From the NCBI GenBank assembly GCA_964036045.1, contig OZ038378.1:15376001-15440000 (forward strand): DNA of 64,000 bases, written 5' to 3'. Under the pieces are notes generated by a model, which did no database searches, had not been told where the DNA came from, and saw nothing but the letters and a program-made list of their open reading frames with translations. This document shows positions 12,501 to 24,049 of this stretch, in pieces. Both the position numbers and the translations under genes were made by a program. Source of the DNA: Eutreptiella sp. 'Long Island Sound 2002' (taxonomy: Eukaryota > Protista > Euglenida). Position 1 is the stretch's first letter. Each line of letters starts with the position of its first letter.

Positions 12501-13743
12501 GCGGTTACACCCGAGTCCCTCCGATCCAGCCTGGGCCGCGGGGGGATAGGGACGCCCCGTGGGGTCGTCAGGTATTTTTCCTTCCCCCACACGGCGGCGG
12601 TTACACCCGAGTCCCTCCGGTCCAGCCTGGGCCGCGGAGGGATAGGGACGCCCCGTGGGTTCGTCAGGTATTTTTCCTTCCCCCACACAGCGGCGGTTAC
12701 ACCCGAGTCCCTCCGGTCCAGCCTGGGCCGCGGAGGGATAGGGACGCCCCGTGGGTTCGCCAGGTATTTTTCCTTCCCCCACACAGCGGCGGTTACACCC
12801 GAGTCCCTCCGGTCCAGCCTGGGCCGCGGAGGGATAGGGACGCCCCGTGGGTTCGCCAGGTATTAAATCCCCCCCCACACAGCGGCGGTTACACCCGAGT
12901 CCCTCCGGTCCAGCCTGGGCCGCGGAGGGATAGGGACGCCCCGTGGGGTCGTCAGGTATTTTTCCTTCCCCCACACAGCGGCGGTTACACCCGAGTCCCT
13001 CCGGTCCAGCCTGGGCCGCGGAGGGATAGGGACGCCCCGTGGATTCGCCAGGTATTTCTCCTTCCCCCACACAGCGGCGGCCACACCCGGGTCCCTCCGG
13101 TCCAGCCTGGGCCGCGGAGGGATAGGGACGCCCCGTGGGTTCGCCAGGTATTTTTCCTTCCCCCACACAGCGGCGGTTACACCCGAGTCCCTCCGGTCCA
13201 GCCTGGGCCGCGGGGGGATAGGGACGCACCGTGGGGTCGTCAGGTATTTTTCCTTCCCCCACACGGCGGCGGTTACACCCGAGTCCCTCCGGTCCAGCCT
13301 GGGCCGCGGAGGGATAGGGACGCCCCGTGGGTTCGCCAGGTATTAAATCCCCCCCCACACAGCGGCGGTTACACCCGAGTCCCTCCGGTCCAGCCTGGGC
13401 CGCGGAGGGATAGGGACGCCCCGTGGGTTCGCCAGGTATTTTTCCTTCCCCCACACGGCGGCGGTTACACCCGAGTCCCTCCGGTCCAGCCTGGGCCGCG
13501 GGGGGATAGGGACGCCCCGTGGGTTCGTCAGGTATTTTTCCTTCCCCCACACAGCGGCGGTTACACCCGAGTCCCTCCGGTCCAGCCTGGGCCGCGGGGG
13601 GATAGGGTCGCCCCGTGGGTTCGCCAGGTATTTTTCCTTCCCCCACACAGCGGCGGTTACACCCGAGTCCCTCCGGTCCAGCCTGGGCCGCGGGGGGATA
13701 GGGACGCCCCGTGGGTTCGCCAGGTATTATTCCTTCCCCCACA
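9557..13743. repeat. Tandem satellite, 96-bp unit, ~43-44 copies, with a 1344-bp (14-unit) higher-order duplication
   Basis: Unit CCCCACACAGCGGCGGTTACACCCGAGTCCCTCCGGTCCAGCCTGGGCCGCGGAGGGATAGGGACGCCCCGTGGGTTCGYCAGGTATTTTTCCTTC. Period 96 (9621 to 9717), seen as a 32-aa repeat in the ORF track. Confidence 0.95.
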
Positions 13744-13744
13744 C

Positions 13745-14450
13745 TTGGCTTTCGGACCATCGAGGCCCCCGCCGCTGAGGCGAGGGGGCCTCCTTCGCTT
13801 TGGGACCACTGAGGCCCCCGCCGCTGAGGCGAGGGGGCCTCTTTGGCTTTGGGACCACCGAGGCCCCCGCCGCTGAGGCGAGGGCGCCTCCTTCGCTTTG
13901 GGACCATCGAGGCCCCCTCCGCTGAGGCGAGAGGGCCTCCTTGGCTTTCGGACCATCGAGGCCCCCGCCGCTGAGGCGAGGGGGCCTCCTTCGCTTTGGG
14001 ACCACTGAGGCCCCCGCCGCTGAGGCGAGGGGGCCTCTTTCGCTTTGGGACCACCGAGGCCCCCGCCGCTGAGGCGAGGGGGCCTCTTTGGCTTTGGGAC
14101 CATCGAGGCCCCCGCCGCTGAGGCGAGGGGGCCTCTTTGGCTTTGGGACCACCGAGGCCCCCGCCGCTGAGGCGAGGGGGCCTCCTGGGCTTTGGGAACA
14201 CCGAGGCCCCCGCCGCTGAGGCGAGGGGGCCTCCTTCGCTTTGGGACCACCGAGGCCCCCTCCGCTGAGGCGAGGGGGCCTCCTTCTCTTCGGGACCACC
14301 GAGGCCCCCGCCGCTGGGGCGAGGGGGCCTCTTTGACTTTGGGACCACCGAGGCCCCCTCCGCTGAGGCGAGGGGGCCTCCTTTGCTTTCGGACACCGAG
14401 GCCCCCGCCGCTGAGGCGAGGGGGCCTCCTTCGCTTTGGATTCACCGAGG
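13745..14450. repeat. Tandem repeat, 49-bp unit, ~14 copies, each containing a hairpin
   Basis: Unit GGACCACCGAGGCCCCCGCCGCTGAGGCGAGGGGGCCTCCTTCGCTTTG; period 49 measured at 13756, 13805, 13854, 13903, 13952. Confidence 0.95.
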
Positions 14451-14998
14451 CGGGGGTTTGCGTGTCCCCTCCGCAGACGTGCGGCACTGCGGATTGGGGG
14501 GACACGACCGGAGGGTTAGAGGATGGCCCCGCGCACGGACACCTTCGGCAGAAGTGCCGTGCGCCGGGGGAGGGGGGGGGACCGGGCCACGGACCAAGCC
14601 CCCGTGATCCGCCGGCCAAACGCCGCCCAGTCGGTAGTACCTGGCGGCTAAGGGCCCACACCCGTGAGACTGCGTCCCCCTTCCCTTGGGGGGGTGGTGG
14701 ACCGTGCCGGAAGTGGAGCCGGCGCTCCGCCTCGCCCCCCATTCCGTGCCCCTGGGAGGGGATCCGGCTACGTGTAGGGCGGGTGCATGCACGTAGCGCG
14801 GACCAGGGGACAAGGGGAGGAGACGAAGAGGAGAGCCGCCGCCATGATGCTTAGCCGGACGGGTTGGGGTGAAACCTCCCTCCCGGTCGCTTTCCAGACC
14901 GTGGGGGGCCGGCGGGCACCATGGGGATGTGCCGCGGGGGCGCCCTACCGGGGGACCGCATCTCCTCCTCCTCCTCCTGTGGATGTGTGGATGTGTGG

Positions 14999-15000
<2 letters not shown>

Positions 15001-15076
<76 letters not shown>

Positions 15077-15080
15077 GTGC
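15001..15080. repeat. (TG)n microsatellite, right half of the interrupted tract
   Basis: Direct reading of sequence. Confidence 0.95.
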
Positions 15081-17591
15081 GTGCACCAAAGCCAGGTCAT
15101 GCGAATAATGCAAAAACCCATGGTCGCTCTGGATGATGACAAACACGTTTTCCACACCCGTTTTCACTGAACGGACATGACACAAGCAGGGCCTAGCATT
15201 TTTACTAAGGATGTGATTGTGACAGACCCTTTCCACCACAATGCCCCCATCCTGTGGGGTGTCTGAGGTACCCAGGAGTATGTTGTTGTGGAAAGGAGAA
15301 ACAATGATGTACGGTTGTGTCGGTGTGGTGCAGTACGGGACACCAGGGTCCATGAAATGCCGGCTAATCAGTGGTGACATCAAAGCCCCAGTTGTGTAGA
15401 GCGCCCAGAGTGCTGCACTAAGAGCAGGCATAAACGACCGCTGTATGCCGCAGCATGCTGCAGCACTAGATATTAGGAGCTGTTGGTGGGGGTATTGAAG
15501 CCTACTGCAGCATGCCGCAGCATGGCGGAGTAGCCTGAAGTTGTGGGTTTCGGCAGCTAACACACGCTCCCTGTTGTCCCACAGACTTTCGTTTCTTTTT
15601 TTTTTTTTTTGTGCATTGCACCCCCGTTTGCTTGATGTCAACGCCTACAGCTACTCCTGCCACTGAGGGGCCACAGCAATCTATCAGGAACAAAGCGACA
15701 ACCCAGACTGCTGCAGATTGTATACACTGGGCAACTGCGGAAGGTATCGAGAGTATGTGTGCCTCATAAACACGCAAGGTGCAATCACAGAATGGGGAAA
15801 CGTCAGTACCTGGTGCAGGCCCCCGCGACAGGCCCCGGGCACATTGTGAGGCTGTGTACAAACAGTGTCAGGTGTACATGTCCCTAGCGTCCTTTTGTTT
15901 TGCACTGGCGGGCGCCCTAGTCCCCTTTGCATCCCCCTGAACTCTAGTTGAGTCACCTAAATGGTTGGACATAATTGTATTTATAATAGTTCACTTTTTG
16001 ATACCTCCGAAAAATACCTTTTCTTCACACAGAAAGGTTTCCCACAAATGTTGGCTGATTTGGGGCCTCTATGCTTTTATGGAGTAGACCTCCCAAGCCA
16101 ACAGTGGTCGAGTAGTGGTCCCTTGGTGGTCGATGGTGGTCCAGGAGTGGTCCATTAGCAGCCATTTGGTGGTCTGGTAGTGGTCAGGTTGCTTCTACTA
16201 CTCCTCGTCACATTTCCGTTTTTTTGTCTGTCTTATTGACACACCTGATTGCCAATAACAAAAATGCTGGAAAGTATCATTAGGTCAAGCTGCAGCTTTG
16301 CAGGCATTTGATCCAGGATTTTGTGCCCAAAGTCGTTGAGGATGGGCCCCTTTGTGGATCACCAAACAGCACAGAGAGTGCAATACATGAGAGTGACCCT
16401 CTTTTATTTACCTGGTCTGGTTAGGGAGTACTCGGCCATACACAAAGCTCGCTCATGCGCACAACGTACACCCAACCTGCAAGCTTCAATGCCACATGGG
16501 ACCTCCAGTCCCATCCTCTGCATGCCTCCCGGCCACTAACATGGCATGCGACTTACCTTAGGCACTCAGCCCTGAAGTCTGATGTTCACAAATTATGTCC
16601 ACCCTCACTTGGGACCAAAATTTCCTGCTTTCTAGTTACTGCAGGAAACAACATGCAACGACATGACATGCAACGAACTTCACAAGGGGCCAGAAGGTGG
16701 TACAGCGTGCTTTTTCTGGTACCATGCACAACACCCATGCTGCAAATGGGTCTAGGCAAGGTATGGCTGGCGGTTGTGCTCTGGGGTGGCATGCATACTA
16801 TTGTAGTGCGCAAGAACATCTTGCCTTCTGGGCCTGCAGGTACAGGAACCAGTTGGTGTCTTGGTTTATAGTTGATTGGACACCAACTATTAGTGCACCG
16901 CATGTGCACTGGCATGCACATGGTCATAGTACGCAGGATCAAAGGATGAAAGGAAAAGGGGGGAAAGGGATCCGGGAGCAATTGCCCAGCCCCCAGGTGC
17001 CCTTCATCCGTTTTGCAACTTTACCCCACAACCGCTTTTCCAATTGCCAGTAACCGATTGGTATGAGGTCTTGAAAGGCCCCATCAGCCTCCCTCCCATT
17101 CAAGCACCCTTCCCTGTTTGTAGGGCTGCAGTGGTTTGGGCGAATGGGAACTGATGCAGTGAGGGACCAACAGCTGCCTTTGAATGCACCTTGGGCGCCT
17201 GGGGCAACTTCCATTGTGCCATGCACTCACTCCGTTCACCCAACATGTTTGTTAGAACAATGCATACCTGATTGTATGTCAGTCAGAGACACAGGAGACC
17301 ACTGCCCCCCCAAGGCCTGTTGCAGACTCCCACAGCCGGTGGTTTTAGATGTTAAAACCTGGGGTGAGTTGCTGTGGGTAGGTGCGTCATATGCGTCAAA
17401 GGGGGGGGCTGCTGTGCACTTGGGGCGTCTGGCGATCGTGTATCCGGGATACAGGAGCGTGCATACACACAGACCTGCGTGCGCACACCCACACCCACAC
17501 GATTGACATGACAAACCGGGACTGGCAGCTGGTGTGAGACTAGTCGGACCCACCCGATGCATAGTAGGCTTGGTTTCACGCCCTTATGCAG

Positions 17592-17864
17592 ATGCTGCTG
17601 CTGTGCTGTTTCATGGCCGTCATTAACTCGATGGTGTTCATGCCGGCGCTGGTCGCCATCTTCGGCCCTACCAAAATCGTGCGGACACGCCGGTCCATGC
17701 TGGGCTTCTTCAGTGGTTTTGTGCTTTTCATGGGGATAGTGGTACTATTTTTATGGTCCACCAAGCTGCCGATGCGGTGGCCCAACGGCAGTCTCGTATT
17801 CTACCGAACGGATTTGGACAACTACGACAGCGCCTTGTACGTCGCAAACATCACGCAGCGCTAA
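17592..17864 (+). CDS. Dispatched/Patched-like RND protein, last exon (TM12 plus an extra hydrophobic segment)
   Basis: Acceptor cccttatgcAG at 17590-17591; phase 0 join GQ-MLLLCC. Encodes INSMVFMPALVAIFGP (typical RND TM12 ...F-x-PALL...GP); stop TAA at 17862-17864. Confidence 0.85.
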   Translation: MLLLCCFMAVINSMVFMPALVAIFGPTKIVRTRRSMLGFFSGFVLFMGIVVLFLWSTKLPMRWPNGSLVFYRTDLDNYDSALYVANITQR

Positions 17865-20159
17865 CGGCGCTGCAGAGGCCAGCACACAGCGTGTTGCCCC
17901 CCGAGCAGACAACATGTCAGACTGGGGGGCATGGCCCCCCAAGGGATGTGTTACGGCTGCTGATGCCCATAGGACCCCCCCCTTTCCCCCGATCCTCTTC
18001 AAACTTCATCCCCTGGGCCGGGACATGTCCCTGTCCACAAACAGGGGGATGTCTGCCCTAATGGGGTCCCAGCCCTGCCTGAAAATGCTGACGATGACAG
18101 TGATTCAGAGTAAAAATGGATGAACGGTGCAGTGCCATGTTTGTGTGCACCGTCCAATGTGTTGTGCTACGCTGAAAAATGGGACCCCCCCCCCACCCCA
18201 TACATTTCTGAAATGGCGTTTTCTTGCAGATTTCAAAAGTATACACATACCCCCCCCCCCCCCCAGGTGACGACATGTTTGCACATGGAAGCAAAACTTG
18301 TAGAAAATGCCGAAAAGTGCCAAAACCCACAAAGTTGGCATATTCTGAATGTCCGAGAGATGTGCGAACACAATTTGTCTTTCGTGCCTTCGGCCATTTC
18401 CGCAAGTCTGATGGGCTGAGGCGCTTCGGCCGAGGCGGGATCCCGCCCGGACACGCCGCTCTTCTCCCACGGTTCCCGGTACCGCCCCCTTGCCCGTTTG
18501 GGAGAGGGCAATCTGGGGGCCCATGGAGTCGGGCCGCGCATGTCCATTCCAACGTTCCACACGCATGTCCGCGGTGTTCCGCCCTCCGGCCTGCATCAGC
18601 CTTGGTAGCCCCCCTTTGCGAGCGCATTGAGGCATCGCAGAGGGGCCGCAGCGGGATTGTGACCTCTCCGATTGCGCCCCAAGCCGCCCGTGAACCGATT
18701 CCGCCCCAAACTGCCCGCCCGAGACCGCGCACCTCAAAAGGCCCGCGTGTTGAAGTCTCTTGTCTCTTGCCCCTGGTCACAGACGCCTTGACTCGACGCC
18801 GCAGGTGATCCCGCGCACCAGCTGCGTTTTTTGGCAAGCCGGCGGTCCTTTTTGCCACAGCAGCCGGTGGCCAACCAACAGCGGGTTGCAGTCCCCTGAC
18901 GTACCCCCCCCCCCCCCTTGTAATAGCCACGGAAAAAATCCCAAATTAATACGGTCCCTACGCCTACTGTAGCTTGGACAAGGCCGTAGCTTATGCGTAC
19001 TACATACATGGTGAGTTGGTGCGAGAAAGGGGAATATAATGCACAGATATCCCCAAAATCAGAGCGATGTGGGTTCACGTGGGCAAACAGTCACAACGTC
19101 GGGTGACAGCCATGTGCTGTGGGTCGCGCACTGATGGTCGTATTTCTTGAAAGTTTCTTCAAAGTGAAGAAATCCAGACCAGACAACGAGGAATCGTGCT
19201 TTAGTACCAACACAGGCCTGATCCGTACAACGGCCCGGCAAGGGCCAGTCTGACCGCACAAGGCCGGATGTTTGCGGAGAGCATCTCACGTGCTTTTGCC
19301 CCCCTGGGCAACAAATTCCCTCGCGAGCCGGCTGTTTCTTTTTACTGCCGAGAACTGCCAGATAAACTCGACCACCTGCAGTTTTGTGCTTTGTGTACCC
19401 AGCGTGGCCCGAGGGCTGTGTAGATCTTTGGCAGGGGTTGGTGGGGGTTTCCATGAGGGGGAGGGTGTTTGTGGTGTTGGTTCCAGGTGTGAGGACCGTC
19501 CAGAGATCCAGTGCCGCGGTTGGCGCTTCATTGATTCGTGTTGGCGATGAACGGTTGGCGGTCAGCTGCCAGTTTTTGATGGTCAACCGCTGGCAGCTGC
19601 CGTACCAAAAAGTCTTTGGGAACGACGGTTTCTTCCTTTCCAGTGACCCGGGCCTTTCCTTAAGGATGCTTCAGGATGATGATGGCCGTGCATTAACCCA
19701 AAGGGTTTGCACTGTGTGTGCATGGTGCACACTGTCAGCGACTAAAGCTCACCGCCTTTTCGGTGAGTAGCGGTGAGGTCACATTTTGCCCGTTTTTCCA
19801 TCATTGAGTGGGTGTGAGCAGTTTTTGAAGGGAATAGGGAATAGGGTTTTGCGTAGGGGAGGACCTCTTTCTTGGGGGAAACAGGGGAAATGGGTGGCGG
19901 AAAAATGAGGGAAAGTTGAGAATGTTCACCCCCCATTTCCCCCCATTTTCCCCATCATTTTCTTATTTGTGCTCTGCTTAAGATACTACATTTCCCATTT
20001 TACCCTCATTTCAGCCCATTTCCTCCCATTTCGTCTCCGTTTTCCTCCGTTGTCCCCGTTTTTCCCAGCTCTGGCGGTCAGTCGGTGAGTGTGGTGGCGG
20101 TGAGCTTACAGGTCTGCACTGTGCACACGGCACCCCCTGGTGCCGGGTGCCTTTCAGCT

Positions 20160-20420
20160 GAGCTGGTAGACTTGTAGCTCGTAAACATGCGACGCATACT
20201 TAGAATATCACAGGTCAGCACTCCATATGCCACCAATGGAACTGATGGGCATGGAGTCTGTGAATTGTGTCATAAAGAACGGAAAATGGGAGCAACGGTT
20301 GAAAGGATTCAACCTTTCAGCCCAGCGAATTTCTTGAACAACATGGTTAAGATACTCACAAACACAAGCAACGCTTTGGGGCCAAGCCACCTCTGAACAC
20401 CTGGCATGAAAGCACCGGTT
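20160..20420 (-). mobile_element. Second decayed copy of the same DDE transposase family
   Basis: Minus strand reads YLNHVVQEIRWAERLNPFNRCSHFPFFMTQFTDSMPISSIGGIWSADL*YSKYASHVYELQV, clearly paralogous to 60193 ORF. The KY..HVY..QV segment resembles DDE_Tnp_4-type transposases. Confidence 0.55.
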
Positions 20421-21725
20421 TCTGCGGGTGGACATCCTCAACTTGAAAGGGGCCAGTCCATATCCCCTGCTAGAAAGGGGCTGGTCCATATCCCCAACCG
20501 GGTTTGGGCTCTGTATCAAAAGTGGCCCAAAAAGATGCCCGGTGCGCTGACGCTCCCCCAGGTACGAAAGGTAACTCTTGCCATTGATGTCTCAGGATAG
20601 TTAATACAAAAGTAGCGCGCCGGGCAACCCCCCCCCCCCCTGTCGCTGCTCTGTCGCAGTGGTGGTGTGTGTGGATCTGTGCAGAGGTTTTTTGCCTTTG
20701 CCTCAAACTTGGGTGATGACACATGACACAGTGCTGGATATGAAATACAACAGCACGAATTGCAAGTGAAATCAGCAGCAGGGTGTGTCAAACAGGGTCA
20801 ACCTGCTGGAGGATCGGTTCACACTATTCTGCTGCTGGCCTGGTATGCCGAAAAGTGTAGTGGCCCGCCTTCGCCCCGCGTCCACTTGTGCCTTAACAAG
20901 CAGAAGCGGCAGCAATCTCAAGCACAATGGTTTTACTAGCACAAACATGCGTGGCACGGTCATTATAATTGGCTCAGAGTCTCTTCTCGCATTGTTGGCC
21001 GCACACTGGCCGGCAGAAACACTACAGTCGGACGGGGCGCCCTGCTTGGACAAGGCCGTGCTTGCAGAGAAGCAGGACACACCGTGTGCACACCTCAGAG
21101 GACAATGGCATTGTGTTGGTGCTTGCTGGTACCAGCTGGTACCAGCATCTTCTATTACTGCAGCCATCCAAATGAGCGGGCTCCGTCTATGCTGGCCCCT
21201 TGCACTTGGTGGCCGCCTATGCATACATCGTGTGGTGGCTGGGACCCAAAACGCTAATCTGGACCCGCCTTGTCATCCCCATCGAAAATATAAAACTTGA
21301 TTTGCCGCCACAGACGCTGACCGAGGCAACCTGTCCACATGTGCTTGTTAGTGTTTGTGGTGGCCGTATATAATTGTCAGGTAATCTAATTGTGGGGTGC
21401 ATAATCTCATCAGTTTCCGGCAGCCATTGGGGTGCATAATAATGAGGCAGGGTGCATAATCTCATGCCTACCAGGCTTTCCCTAATCCTGACAGCCTGTC
21501 AACTTCTTCAAGTTCTGCAGCATGGCTTAAAACCCAATGATGCAGTCTGCCTGGGTGGCACCGTCCAACATCAAAGCCTGATCATCTTCCCAATAAATTT
21601 CCCTGTCATTCTGTCAAATGTATGCCCTCCATGTATGTCTCACTTCGTGACATAGGTCCTTTGTCTTTCCCCCAGGGGGGCAGGGGAGGCGTCATTTTGG
21701 CTATGTTCCCCCGGGGGGGGGCACC

Positions 21726-21850
21726 TTAAGCGCAGTGCGCGCGCAGTGCAGGCGCAGTGCAACTATTTGGGTGTCTAGCCGTACTGGAGACCCATACTTT
21801 GAGATACTAGGGGCATCATTGTTGCCCCTAGCGTAGGTTTTGATGCTTCT
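21726..21850 (+). repeat. Dispersed repeat beginning TTAAGCGCAGTGCGCGCGCAGTGCA; homologous to 58507-58630
   Basis: Shared ...GCAACTATTTGGGTGT...GCCGTACT.GAGACCCATACTTTGAGATACTAGGGGC... Confidence 0.85.
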
Positions 21851-24049
21851 TCCACATGGGGGATATGGCATTTTTGGATTTTCACCCACTTTCACCCATT
21901 TCCACCCTCTTTCACACTTTTTTGCTTATCTCCACCATGGACTCCCACACTTTGGTCCTGGCCCTTGAGTTGTTGTGACTCCCCGGTTTTTGCCTGACAA
22001 CAGTCGAATGCCCTATGCGAGGCCGCATCACTGCTGATGAGGATGTGTGGTTGTACCACAAGTGGAAACCGGAGGTTGACGTGGATTCCCTCCTGCAAGC
22101 CACTTTGCCCCCCGGTCCAGTTGAGGATGAGGTGGACACATACGAGGCTTTGGCACTAGCTGGTAGGGTCAGTGAGCTTTCAAATGCCGCCACTCCTGAG
22201 CATTCTGATTTTGTACTTCGTTGACGATTGAACAGAAAAGAGGATATGTGCGTGGTTTTCCACATTTTGCATGATGTCTTATGTGAGGGGAAGGTAGCTT
22301 GCATTTGTCTTGAGCTAGGGTAGTTTGGGTGACCTAAATTTAGGGGCATTTGGAAAGGGTATGCCTGGGGGTTCTTTAGGGAGGACCTAGTCTAAAAGTA
22401 GCACGCAGTGCGCGCGCAGTGCAAGGATCCCCCTCGGAGGTGGGGCAATCCTTGCGCGCAGCCAGGTACTGCTCAAGCGGGGATAGGTGTCGTTCCGTTC
22501 ATTTTTTATTTGTTTTCATGTCCTGCAAGGTTTGGGCTGCAGACTGTGATTTCAGACCATTATAGCATAATCTGATGAACATTTGCTTGCTGTTTTCCAC
22601 TGGCCAATGTTGCTGTGGTGGGACCCAAAATCCCCCCAGAACCACTGGGGCCTGTCTTCAAACAGGCTGTGCAGACTTTCACAAACACCCTTTGGGCCGT
22701 TTGGTCTCCCCTGCCATCAAATTGGGCGTAGTCAAAATAAGAACCTCATAACTCCTGGCCGCTGCTTTGGCGTCGTCATGTTCAGAAAGTCTGACCTTCA
22801 GAGCCCCCTGCCCCCTCAAAGCGTCGTGCAGTACCCCTTCAGCGCTTGAGGGCCCAGTAATCAAGATACCTGATCGCCTAAAGGTGCCTTGACCTACCCA
22901 ACAGGGCAGGGGGGCAGATGCACAGGAAGTGCACACACACATGGAGGCGGCTCCACCGCCTTGCTGGAATTGTGGGCGCGGCTCCGCCAAATTTGGACAA
23001 TTGGTGGTCGCGGCTATGCCACATTTACTGAGCCAGAAAACAATGATTTCCTGCCGTCCGGATACCAAGGGGGGGGGGGGGGGTTACGGCCATCGTCGGA
23101 TTATGGCTAAGCACGAAGACCCCGTGTCACCGTTGTTTTTCTGACCTTTGGCCGTGCTTCCATGCTTGGGCAAGGGAGGGTAGCTAGTTGACCTGAGTGG
23201 TGCGGCAAACTTGATGGAGGACCGTGTGAGAGAGTTGCTCCCGCAATGGTTCTAACACCCCTGCCCTTTTAAAAACTGCTCTGTGGGGGGTTTCAGGGCA
23301 TTTGACAATGCAAACCCCCTACCCTCTTTCAAAATAATGTCGGTCGTGGGGGGGGGGGGGCAGGCAAGAAGTCATGTTGAGCTTTGTCAAAGTGGTCGCG
23401 GTTGTAGAGGGATTGTGCCCACCATGTAACACCTGTTGCGGTAGGTGGACCTAGCGGGGTGGGGGGGTTTCTTCGGATACCGGGTAACATGCTTAAAAAC
23501 CCCTCCAAACCAGAATTCTAAAACGGAGGGGTATTGAAGGGTGATGGGGGGGGGGGGTTGAGGGGTTTTCACTACACGGGGGAATTGTTGTTGGGGAAAA
23601 ACTCACAGGGAATTGTTGGGGGGGTTGGGGAAAAACTGAATGGTGGCACACACCAATGTGAGGGAAGGGCAAAATTGAGTCTTTCCTAGCCCCTAAGGGC
23701 ATGCTCAAAGCAAGGGGGGGGGGCGTCTGCGGAGAACGACAGCATGGGGGTTTTTACATAGCCCCCCCCCCTTTTTTGTTGGCGAAATTTTTAGGCAAAA
23801 GTAAGGTTTTCATATCATTAAATCCCCCCTTTTTTTGGGTGAAGGGTTTGCTTAGTCCACCTCACACTACCACTCCAATCGGTGAAAAGTTGCCCCTTGT
23901 GTTGAGGATATGGACTTTTGTAGCCAATGTGCCACTTTTGGGCCACTTCCGATCAGGGTGGTCCTTAAGGAACTATTTTTTTTCCTTTTCAGGCTGCCCT
24001 TAAGGACCACCCCTCAGAGCATTTTACCACTGACAACCCGACGTAGGCC

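Larger units (their letters stand above)
9074..14977. mobile_element. 5.9-kb non-coding insertion in a (TG)n microsatellite, made of ~480 bp unique DNA, a 96-bp array, a 49-bp array and ~530 bp unique DNA
   Basis: The identical 15-mer TGTGGATGTGTGGAT flanks both ends (9059-9073 and 14978-14992), with (TG)n continuing outward on both sides. GC-rich interior; no RT or transposase motif seen. Confidence 0.65.

Noticed and set aside
9147-14396. 1749-aa minus-strand ORF and the overlapping 1459-, 657- and 655-aa ORFs
   Set aside because: They are translations of GC-rich 96-bp and 49-bp tandem repeats. Several frames on both strands are open at once, no domain is recognisable, and the region lies inside an intron of another gene.
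9557-14450. Possible CRISPR array
   Set aside because: There are no unique spacers: the whole unit is homologous between copies. No cas genes are present and the context is eukaryotic.
18400-18810. GC-rich island with 194-290-aa ORFs on both strands
   Set aside because: No coding-like codon pattern, domain or compatible splice partner; more likely a dispersed repeat.
22030-22075. CTGATGAG...hairpin...GAAAC hammerhead-like motif
   Set aside because: The TGTGG/CCACA stem is not adjacent to the core nucleotides, and no matching stems I/III were found. Likely chance within a decayed element.
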